From assembly GCA_965644315.1 (NCBI GenBank), contig CBFFRQ010000019.1, forward strand, positions 62,001-126,000: a DNA stretch of 64,000 nt, read 5' to 3'. Positions 22,736-32,900 of the stretch are shown one piece after another. Numbering within the stretch: the stretch's first letter is position 1; every line of letters starts with the position of its first letter. The notes beneath the pieces are model-generated. The model did not search any database and was not told the DNA's origin. It saw only the letters and a list, made by a program, of their open reading frames with translations. The position numbers and the translations under genes are program-made. This stretch comes from Caecitellus pseudoparvulus. Lineage: Eukaryota; Protista; Bigyra: Bicosoecida.

Positions 22736-23530
22736 TCAGGGCAGCACGTCGCCGAGGGGGGTGACCTTGAAGCTGAGGGTCACGGTGCCCTGGGTGTCCA
22801 GAGGGTACTCCTTGGCCTCCTGGTGATCCGTGTCCAGCATGATGGTGGCAGCGCCCTGGGAAAAAGTTGAGTACGTGCAGCGTGCTGCGCAGAACTCCCC
22901 GGCACCCAGAACGGCGGGCAGCACTCACGATGTCCTTGGACAGTGCCTGCACGGTGCCCTGGTCCTTGACGCGCACCTTGAAGCGGTCCACCTGCTTGTC
23001 CACCTGCAAGGCGGGGAGCACAGCAGAGCTCGGCGATGCATGCGCCCCGAATTCCGCAAACCAAGACGCTTTTGACCCACCAGGAAGATGTGCGTCTCCA
23101 TCCACTCGGGGTTCAGGTTGTTCTCCACCACGGCAGACTTGGCCTTGTCGCCGCCATCGTTGCCGCCGATTACCTTGCCGTTGAACTCGGCAATCTGTGC
23201 TCGGCACGCCAGCGCCAGTGACACACGTGCTCCGGCTTGCCCCGCCAAACGCAGAAAGCGCAGCACATGAGCGCACGCACCTTGAAGTAGGGGTCAGACT
23301 GGCCGATCCAGTCGACGTTCTTCAGGTCCTTGCCGCTCTCCACGGTGATGGCGACGAGCCTGCGCGCAGAGGCGGCATGTGCAAGATGAGGCCCAATGTC
23401 CGCTCACCACGCCACACGCGTAGCGGCAAGTCTGCCGCTGGCCGCCTGCCACGTCCTAAACGCGGCTGGAGGTATTAAGCTGGGAAACGCACCGGGTCCA
23501 CTCGGACTTGACGGTGGAGGAGGCAGCCAT
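22736..23530 (-). CDS. Small stand-alone C2-domain protein, copy B (tandem paralogue, same 4 intron positions)
   Basis: Spliced: MAASSTVKSEWTR/LVAITVESGKDLKNVDWIGQSDPYFK/IAEFNGKVIGGNDGGDKAKSAVVENNLNPEWMETHIFL/VDKQVDRFKVRVKDQGTVQALSKDI/GAATIMLD...DVLP. Confidence 0.88.
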
Positions 23531-24828
23531 GGTTGTCAGGGGTTGGCTGTGTGCTGGTGAAGTGCACTTGACCTTGGCGGGACACTGGAAGGTGACGAAT
23601 ACGGGAAGGCAGGGGGCAGGTAGAGACGTGGGGGATATGTGATGTACCATGGTTCCATCACTGCTCAGACCCCACTTGTGCCATACTATGTTGAAGGGGC
23701 GGTTGTGGCGCTGAAAGGGGGTATGTGTGCCAGACCCGCTTGCAAGCAGCATTTCCCCGCAGATGCACGGGTCTCAGGTGGCGCCTGCAGCGCATACCAC
23801 CAGTCTGCAAGCTGCATGTTCAACGTGTGCACTGCTTCCCTGCAGTACTAGCGCTGGTGGTCGTCTGCAGCTCCTTCACACCACCATGACTTGTTTTCTC
23901 TGCGGAAATTGCTTTACAGCCGGTCAGAAACGGCCAAAAATGTGCCACTGAGCTTTTCATGAGCTCAACTGGCAGTCAGAAAGGTGTACCAGTGTACTCG
24001 TAATGCACATTGTAGGATAACCTCACCAGCTCCTTCCCTCTCCACAATGCACCGTTGCTTGCTCTGAAAGTAGCTGGCGCTGTAAGCGATGGATTCCCCT
24101 TTCTCACGAGCAAATGTTGACTGCATGACCAAAACTGGAACAGCCAAACATGTCTCTGTCTGTGTGCTGCCTCATACTTGCTCCCGATGCATATCCGGGT
24201 TTGGGTGGGAGTTGCTGCATCTGCGCTCACTACGCTGGTGTCTCGCAGACGAAAGAAGCACCCCATTCACCTTGCTGAAACGCAGAAGAACATCATCCAA
24301 CCTCCGTACAGGAAAGAATGCTCGAGACTCAGGCAAGGCTCCTTGACGCAGCGCGCCTCAGCATGCCGGAAGGGCATTTGCCGATCCTCCGCGTTCCATT
24401 TGCAGCCGCACAGCCCGGCCCTGCAGGCTCCCCTCCAACGCTCGACACATCAACGCATGGCATGTTTGACTACATCTGCCCTGGAGGATCTCTTGGCTAT
24501 GTTGCTGTCTCCTTGCGGCCATGCACGCTGATCGTGATAGAGACAGCACACCACAGCAGCTTGGCGCCCGCACCACAACACACCAAAAAAATAACCACAT
24601 GCCCTGAGTGGCCTTGTTACACTTCTGCATCTTCGCCCCCCGCTATCCTGCGCCTTCTCAGGCTTTCGCAGCGAGCACCAGCCCAAGTTGCGGTCCGTGT
24701 GCAGCTCCACACAAACCCCCACCAAGGGCAGACGCCGCAGAATTTCGTGCCAAAGCTGGCAGCCAGCGCACATTGACCAACCTTCCTCCGACCTTCCGGT
24801 CTGCATCTTCCTACAATACCTGCTGCAC

Positions 24829-27800
24829 ATGGCAGACGCCGAGGGCTCAGGCGAGGTGAGGCGCCTGCGGTAATTGGTGATGGGCTCGCCCAACCACCCA
24901 GCTCTCCTTGCACGCACAGGCTAACTGGCGCTCGCTGCACGGACAGGTGTCTGCTGAAAATGCCAGGCTGCGGGCACTCCTCGCCGTGCGCGAAGCTGAG
25001 CTGGAGCGTGCCAATGACTTGCTCCGCCAGGCAGGCTTGCTGGACCAGGCAGCACCCCCCTCTCCCTCCCACCGCCCAGCGCTGGACGTGGCGCCACCCG
25101 CGGCGCCAGACACGGCAGGGCCGAGCCACCAGGCCCACCTCTGGCTCGTCCCTCGCGATCCGGGTTTCCCTCGCAGCGCCACTGGGCAGGGCCTGGTGCA
25201 AGGCGGGTCGGTGTCCGGCACACCCTGGTCCACCGCACTGCACAGCCTGGCAGCCAGCCTGCTGGCGGCGTCAGACGCCATCCGCCCGCCTGGCCCTTCC
25301 GTGTCTTCATCGTCGGCGCAGGGCACCGCCACAGACGCCGGCAGTGTCCTCTTCGCCGCGCTCCCCGCCAGCCTGGCGGCAGTGCAACAGGCATGGGGCA
25401 CGCTCGTCGGCAACCCCACACGGCCAGCCCTGGGACAGAGCGGCGCGCCACTGCTCACTGCGGCTGCAGGCAGGGTGGCAGCTGCAGATTTGGCACACAT
25501 GCTGGTGCCTTCCCCCGGGCAGGGGGCGGCGGCGCCAGCTCGGCAGGTTGCAGAGGCGCTGCAGTGCATGGCTGCATCTGGGCACACTGCGGCGGGGTTG
25601 TCGGGGGGGGGCTGCCTCGCCCTGCTACCCCCCCTGACGCCCAGCACCTTCTCCTCCCTGCCAGAAACCGACAGCGCGCTGCCAAGCGACACCTTGCACA
25701 CGTTCGCTCACCCGACCGGCGTTCCGACTCTGCTGCTGGCGTGGCCCGCAAGCCGCCTGCCAGAGGAGGTGAAACGCGCCATCCACGGCTCAACCACGAG
25801 CCAGGCGCAACTGCAGCAGGCGCTGGGGTTCAGCCCAGTTGCCGGCCACCACACGTTTGTGCTGCAGGGTGCAGAGGGGGAGGAGGGCGAGTCGGCGCAG
25901 TGTTTCGGCGCCGTGGCGCGGGGTGTCAGTTGGCTCGCCCTCCGCAGTGAACGGGGGTGTGTGCTGCTGGGCACGGCGCTGTCTGTGAGCCTCATGTCGG
26001 CGTTTCCACAGCTGGCACTGCTGCAGGAGTTGGCGCGCACTGCTCTGCTCAGAACGCTGCACCCTCTGCCCCTGACTCGACTGGAGTTGGGCACAGCGGA
26101 GCTCACGCCCCAGTGGAACCACCTATCCATTCCTGGGCGGGGCGTGGACTCCACGTGGCCTGTGGCCCTGGCTAGCTGGTGTGGGGCAGCAGCTGCCTCG
26201 CCACAGCACGTTGCGACGTTTGACGCGTCCCACCCACGCACGGCGCAACTGGGCGGACCGCAACAAGTTGTCGTGCCTCGCAGCCGTCTGCGCGCAGCTG
26301 GGGCGGCGGTGCTGGGGCATGTGCTGGCCTACACTGCACAGTGCCTGGAGGAGGCAAGCCAAGGCGTGGCTGCAGTGACTCGCCAAGCCGCCGATCGTGA
26401 TGGGACGACGCACACCAGCTCCGTTGCCGGTGTTTCCCGCGGTTTGGTGGATTCAGACACGTTGCAGTTGGCTGCCGATGGCCAAGCGTCCGCGCAGCAC
26501 CACTGCGCCGGCATTGCAGATGACCTGGGCGTGTCCCACGCCACTCGAGCCTTTGTGCTGGCACTGTGCCAAGCCCCGCCACCGCCCCGTGGCACCAGCC
26601 TCACTCTGCACCTGCCTGTGGGGTGGGACGGAGCCCTGGCCGCCTCGACGTGGCACCGCCCCAGCGCGACCGATGTGAGCACAGCGCCGTCTGGAGGCCA
26701 GGTCGCCAGCGCGCTGCACTTGCTGGTCGCACCCTCCGCTCTCGCGGCAGAGGAGGGTGCTGACGTGTACTCAGATGCGGAGAGCAGTGACGAGGACGCC
26801 GCCGCAGCAGGCGCGCTGCTGCCGGGGTGTTGGGAGGTGGTTCGCATGGTTGGCGCCCACCGCGGCGCCCCCCCTCCCGCGACGGCCAAGCAGCACATGG
26901 CCCAGGCAGTGTCGGCAGGCAAGACGTCCCAGACACCTGCGGCACTGGCGGCAGGCACCGCTGGGGCGGAGCATGAAGTGGAGGCGTTGCTGCTGGGCGG
27001 TGCAGCTGCCCTGGCGCCGACGCTGCAGCTGCTCAAGGGGCACTTACCGCATGGCGCAGGCACAAGCAGCACCGCAGATGCGCTGCTGCACGACATTGCG
27101 CCGTACGACTGCGGTGTGCCACTGCATTCCGCCGAGGGCAGTGCGGGGCTGTTGGAGGCGCACCTGGGACCACTGCTGACACGTCTGCCCCTGGATGTTC
27201 TGCTGTCCACGCTGGGGGCGCTGTTGTCGGAACACAAGGTGGTCGTCGTGGCACACAGCACAGGTGGCGGGGGCGGCTCCACACCCTGCACGCTGGACGC
27301 CACCACCACTGCCACTCTGCTGCCTGCCCTGCTGCAGCCGCTGACGTGGAGTGTGCCACACCTGCCGCTGCTGCCCTGTGCCCTGTCGGAAGTCATGCAG
27401 GCGCCCGTGGCCACCTTGCTAGGCATGGCTGCACTGCCAGGCGACTGGGATGTGGAGGACGAGGAGGTGTGCATCCTGGCCCTGGACCAGGCTCGCCTGC
27501 TGTGTGTGTGGGCGGCGCCGGGTCTGCATGGGGGGGACGAGGGGGAGGTGGAGTTGGAGGCTCTGCCGCAGCTGGCAGCCCAGCTGCCGTGCGCGTCACA
27601 CCTGCATCATGCCCTGCAGGCAGCTCACACACGTGCGCGCCTGGCGTGGCAAGCCTTGGAGAAGTGGCGGGGTGAGCGGGCGGAGCGGACGTTGCCGCCT
27701 GCGGGGTATCACACCACCGACGTCAGTCCCCCGCTCGCCGCGTGGCGAGGCGCGTGGAGGGCATTTGCCGGGCACTTGCGCGGGTACGTCACTGCACTGC

Positions 27801-28966
27801 TGTGCCAGACGGTCGTGGCCAGTGGCGTGCAGCATGCGCCCCTCCCGTGGATCACGCGGCACCTGGGTCGCGGCAGCATGTGGGACGCCACGGCACTAGC
27901 GCTAGAGCAGGTGCAGAGCACACTGCCCACCAACGCAGCCTTCTGGCACAGCAACACCAGTGGCAGTGCTCGGGCGGTGTGTGCGGTGGGGTCTGTCGCG
28001 CTGGTAGCCTTGGCGCGCAGTGTCGCCACACAGGGCGTGCCTGTGCTCGACGCTGCGACCAGCGGCGCCGACGGCGGAGAAACGCTCATCGCAGCCCTGC
28101 GGCAGGATGGTAAGCACGCGGAAATTGGGTTTTGGAGGCGCCTGGCTGGCTCTGCCATGGTGTCGGCGTGGATGGGTGGCTGGGAGCGCACGTTGCAGTG
28201 GGCGGCACTACTGGCCCAAGCACGCCCCGCCGACCTCGCCCATGTCCTGCAACAAGTGCTCGTGGAGCGCGCAGCTGACACGTCAGCAGTGCAGGCGTGT
28301 CTGGCAGCGCCGCCGACGCCGCTCTCGCCGGGCCATCGCTCTGCCCGCCGTCGTTCTGTGGCGGTTGTGGGCAGTGCATTGCAGCGGGCTGGTCTGCCCA
28401 GCAGCCCCGCCGGCTTGCGTGTCACCCGCACAGTGCAGGCCAAGCCTGTCGCACCTCGTCTGCCCCTGGCAGAATCGGCCAGTCCGCATCCGCCCGGGGC
28501 CCAGGGTGGGCGTTTCTTCTCCCTGCGCACAAGTGACGCCCGTGTTTCGTGGAGTGAAAGCGACGACGAAGTGGATGCGGCGGCCAGGCATACTCGTGGT
28601 GGTGACTCATCCAGCACGCCAGAAAGTGACAGTGACTCGCAGCCCCCACGCCACGCCCCGTCCACGCTCGCCGCTGCAGCAGCCTCTTCGCTGGAGCCAA
28701 CACGCTACACACGGCAGTGGCCAGGCCGCCGTGGCCGCACCACGCCCTTGCCAGGCACTGCCCCGCCCCCCCAGCACACTAGTCCCTCCCAAGTCCTGGC
28801 CAGCGGTGCACAGGGAGCGGCCCGAGATGGCTCTGGGCTTTCAAAGTCTGCTCGGGGCGTGGCTTTGTGGCAAGCCCATGGCTCTGCGTTGACTGCAGCC
28901 ATGGCAGCTGTTCCGCGCCAAGGCACGAAGACTCGCCTGCAGCTGCGGCAGCGCAGCAAGAAGTGA
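24829..28966 (+). CDS. DENN-domain protein (putative Rab GEF) with N-terminal coiled coil; short first exon MADAEGSGE then an intron ~24856-24919
   Basis: uDENN-like HTFVLQG...CFGAV, VSLMSAFPQLALLQE. cDENN core LLSTLGALLSEHKVVVV...LLPALLQPLTWSVPHLPLLP...MQAPVATLLGM. dDENN-like FWRRLAGSAMVSAW. Confidence 0.78.
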
Positions 28967-29381
28967 CTGTTCTGTGGGAGTGCTGGCGTGTCAATGCAAT
29001 GCGGCGTCGGTGGCGGCACTCCTGGACCTTGCTGCGTTGCGGCTGACCAGCCAATGTGCGCGAAAGTCGCCACAGGCACAAGTATGGGAGCTTCGCACGT
29101 GCACTTGCAAGCCAAATGGAGTATGACTGCAATGCTGACTTCGCTTTACAGCCACGCTCTGTCGCTTCCGAGAAGTGTCGCTCTGTTGGGCGCTGCATCA
29201 GATGCTCCTGCCGCTCCTTTCTTCCCATTTCATCCCACCGCACAAACTAATTCCAACAACAACATCCCGAAAAAACCCCAACCCGTCACCCCCACACAAG
29301 TACCCAATCCTTTCCAAGCCCAAGTGCGATTGAGACGCCCAGCACGGGGCGCAGCTGCGGGACATCCACGGCACATCAGCG

Positions 29382-29918
29382 ATGCAGGTGCCGAAAACGC
29401 TCACACCGGCTGACATTGCCGCCATTGAAAAGGAGATCGGCAGCACGCGGGAGGAGCGGGAAAAGCATGCCATGGACATGGCATTGAACGCAGGGTTGCG
29501 TGGCTCCCTCATGGTGGGCGGGGCCGGCGTTGTGGGGCACATGCTGGCCCAGAAGTTTTGTAAGTGCCAGCTTCGGCGTATTCCGCAGTCAGCTGGGGGA
29601 CCCCAAGCCGCACCACGGCCCACCCGGTTTGCCCTGGCACATTTCCACAGGGCCATGGTACAAGACAGGCATCTATGTGCAGGGCAAGGCCTTCATCGTG
29701 TCCAGCATGTTTGTGGTGCGTGGCAGCAGCGGTCTCGCTGCCGCCGACACAGCAGCACATCCGCACCACGCCAAGCACAGGCCGGGTATTGGATTTGGAG
29801 CGAGAGCACCATGACACAGCAGATGCGGTTCCTGAACAACCTAGAGAGCGTCAAGCAGGACATGGCAGATGCCGAGACGTACGACCGGCTGGGTCAGGCT
29901 CTGCCCGGCAAGCGGTGA
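29382..29918 (+). CDS. Small two-TM protein, ENOD93 / Rcf2-N-terminus-like (putative mitochondrial inner membrane); introns 29560-29650 and 29716-29780
   Basis: Spliced AGLRGSLMVGGAGVVGHMLAQKFWPWYKTGIYVQGKAFIVSSMFVAGYWIWSESTM follows the pattern of ENOD93 (PWARANLN..AQALIIST..GAAYFIVADKTV). Confidence 0.6.
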   Translation: MQVPKTLTPADIAAIEKEIGSTREEREKHAMDMALNAGLRGSLMVGGAGVVGHMLAQKFCKCQLRRIPQSAGGPQAAPRPTRFALAHFHRAMVQDRHLCAGQGLHRVQHVCGAWQQRSRCRRHSSTSAPRQAQAGYWIWSESTMTQQMRFLNNLESVKQDMADAETYDRLGQALPGKR

Positions 29919-29941
29919 GGTGGGGTGCGGCTGGCGCACGG

Positions 29942-29949
29942 AATGCATT
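29942..29949. terminator. Palindromic AATGCATT: candidate 3'-end (polyadenylation) signal shared by two convergent genes
   Basis: Lies between the stop of the ENOD93-like gene (29918, +) and the stop of IFT172 (29990, -), and reads AATGCA on both strands. It is one instance of a motif found downstream of 15 genes. Confidence 0.6.
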
Positions 29950-29989
29950 GCTGCGTGTGATGGGGGGGGGGGCATCACCCCCCTCTGCC

Positions 29990-32900
29990 TCAGTAGGCGG
30001 GGCTGGCGGCAGCAGAGCACCAGGGACACTCCTTGGTCTTGAGCACCACTGCGTTCCAGGCACTCTTGATGGCGTTGGAGCCACAGGAAGGGCACTTCAC
30101 CAGGCGGTCGGGCGGCACTGGGTACCCTGTCACAATGCACTTGGGCTGCGAGGACTGCGCCAGTAGCGGCACACTGCCCTTGGGCAGCTCCTGCGCCACG
30201 GCCTGGTCCATGGAAATGGCCAGCACCCAATCTCGCACCTCTTCACGCGCACTGCCGCCCAGCCACTGTGTGCTGGGCACAGGGAATGAGCCAGGCGCCG
30301 GCACCTCAGTGCCGTGAAAGTCGGAGTTGTCCAGCTCAGCAAAGTCAGGGCGAGGCTCGCCACCCGGCCCTGCCTCCTCTGCCGCCTCTGCCAGCAGGTC
30401 AGCCAAGTCCACGTACCGGTTCAGCATGACGAACGCGACGGCTTGCCAGCGCACGGCGCGTGCGTCAATGCCCGCCTCGTGAAACGCCCGGTCACACGGG
30501 ACGATGCCGATGAAACGCAGCAGGGCGATGGACAGCTGCGCCGCCAGCTCCGGCAGCCCGATGCGGCGCGCCTTGGCCCGCATGCCAGCATAGTGCACAG
30601 CCATGAGCAGGGCCTCCGCTTCGGTCATGACGGCGCGCGGCGTTTCGGCGTTTCGCCGCAGCTCGGACACCACGCCGTACATGACGGTGCGCGCCTGCTC
30701 CAGCACCTCGTCCGACGCGGCATTGGAAGCGGGTCCCTGGAACACTGTGCGCACCAGGCGCCGGTACAGCGACAGCTGAGAGGGAATGCCTGGCAGGCCG
30801 TATGTGGAGGTGAGGCGCAGGAGCTCCTCACGAGAGCCTTCCGACAGGGCACGTTCCGCGTAGGGGAAGGCGTACTTGGCCAGGACGACGGGGCCCTTGT
30901 CCGCTGCCAGCTCAAAGACGCGCTCCCACTTGCCTGAGGAGGCCAGCATGCCCAGCGCCTCGTCCACATTGCCGGTGGCCACCATACCCTCCCCATCGCC
31001 GCCCTGCCGCAGACTCGCCTTGTACGCGCTCTCCACACGATCCTTGAACATGGGCGCCGCAGAACGGGCAATGCCACGGGCCTTGTCCCACGCCTCTGCC
31101 TCGATGTACGCGTTGATGGCGTCCTTCCACTGCTCAGCATCCCGCAACAAGTCGCCGGCCGCCGCCCACCGCTGCAACGCCGCCAGGCGCCGTCCAACTT
31201 CCGCACACACCTGCAAGTACCTCCTGCGTTCGTGCGTGGACGCCAGGCGCACGGCGTTGTCCCACACAGCCACCAGGGCGTCCACATTCGCCTCGTGCCC
31301 CGCGTTCAGACTCAAGTACGTGTCGATGGCCATGCCCCAATTGTGACTTTCCTCCCACATGCGCGCATTGGCCAGCAACTCCTCCTTGGACCCGTGGCTG
31401 GGCCCGCCACCGCCCCCTGCGCCGGCTGCTGCAGCGGCAGCGCCAGAGCCCCCCCCAGCACTGCGCTGGGCAGGTGCAGGCAGCGTCGCAATGCCGTGGC
31501 CGCCGCCACCCCCTTCCACCTGCCGCGCGATGGTGTCGTTGACCTCCTTGACTCGGTGCGGCAAGTGGCGCTTGGTGACTCGCACGGCCTCGGGGTAGTT
31601 CCGCGCCTCCAGGTACATCTGCACCGCCATCTCGGGCTTCTTGGCGTCCACGAACAGCGCCTCGGCGCGCTTGTGGTCGCCGGCGCCGCTGCACACGGTC
31701 GCCTCTGCGACCAGCACGTCGGGGATGCAGGCGGGGTCGTAATTCTCCGCAACGCGCCGCGCCGCGACGAAGTCCTGTGCGTGCAAGTACATGTCGATGG
31801 CTTCCCTGGGTTTGTTGCCCTTCACGAACGCCACCTCGGCAGCTGCGAACTGGCCATTGTCCTCCAGGTACATCGCGTGCTTGACGTGCACGAACGGCAC
31901 GCGATGGGGCTTGTGCTTGGCCGCCAGGGCCAGGGCCTGCTCGAAGTTGCTCTGGCTCGCGTAATACTCGATGCCCTGCTCGATGAGGCCCTGTCGGTGC
32001 AGCAGCTTGGCACCCGCCTCGCCGCCCAGCGACACGGCGTGCTCGTACGCCACCTTGTGCGCCGAGTCGGGCCCACCATGCAGCTTGGCCACACGCCCCG
32101 CGTCGTCCCACATACCCGCCTCCTTGTACATGGCCACGGCCTTGGACCACTCCCCCGCATCGCAGAAGTGCCGTTCAGCACCCCTCGTATCCTTGTCCGC
32201 CGCCAGCTGCCGCGCCAGGTGCAGGTGGGTTGCCTTCAGGTCAGGCCGGCGGTGGGCCGCTACCAGGCGCACCATGGCGTCGTACTCCTTGGCTCGGGAG
32301 TACATCTTGATGGCGGCATCCACCTGCCCCGCCAGCAGGTACAGCTTCTCGCCCGAGGCCAGGTCGCCCCCCGCGACAGCCTTGGCGGCATGGTCCATGA
32401 ACAGGCGCGTGACGTCCTCAGGCGGCATGACGCCGGACGCCACGCGGTGGGCGGCGTCCCACTTGCTCGCCTTCAAGTACATGGTCACGGCAGAGGGCCC
32501 CTCTCGTGCGTTGAGCCAGGCCTCCTCTGCCTCGTCCAGCATGCCCGCCTCGGAGTAATGCACCGCCAGCTGGTGCCAGAAGGGCCGCGCCGCCTCGCCG
32601 TCCGACAGCGTCTCGCTCACCAGCTGCTTGGCCTTCGTGAAGAGGCGTGCGGAAATTGCTGCGGAAATCGCCGTGTCGTACGCGCCCGCCTCCAGGAAGT
32701 GGTGGATGGCCGCCTCCGTCTGCTTGGTGCTCACGAGCCACTCGCCCCACATGCGCTCCAGCTTGACCACTTCACCGGGGTACTTGCTGCGGGCCAGCTC
32801 CACGGCGCTGCGGAAATCGTGCCCCTTCACATACGCCTCCATGGCTCGCCCCGTCTCGCCCTGGCGTTCGTACAGCGCACCCGCCTTGGACGCCAGCCCG

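Noticed and set aside
29382-29918. Apparent single-exon 178-aa ORF
   Set aside because: Two introns (91 + 65 nt) happen to sum to a multiple of 3. The spliced middle exon is in another frame and gives the coherent TM protein.
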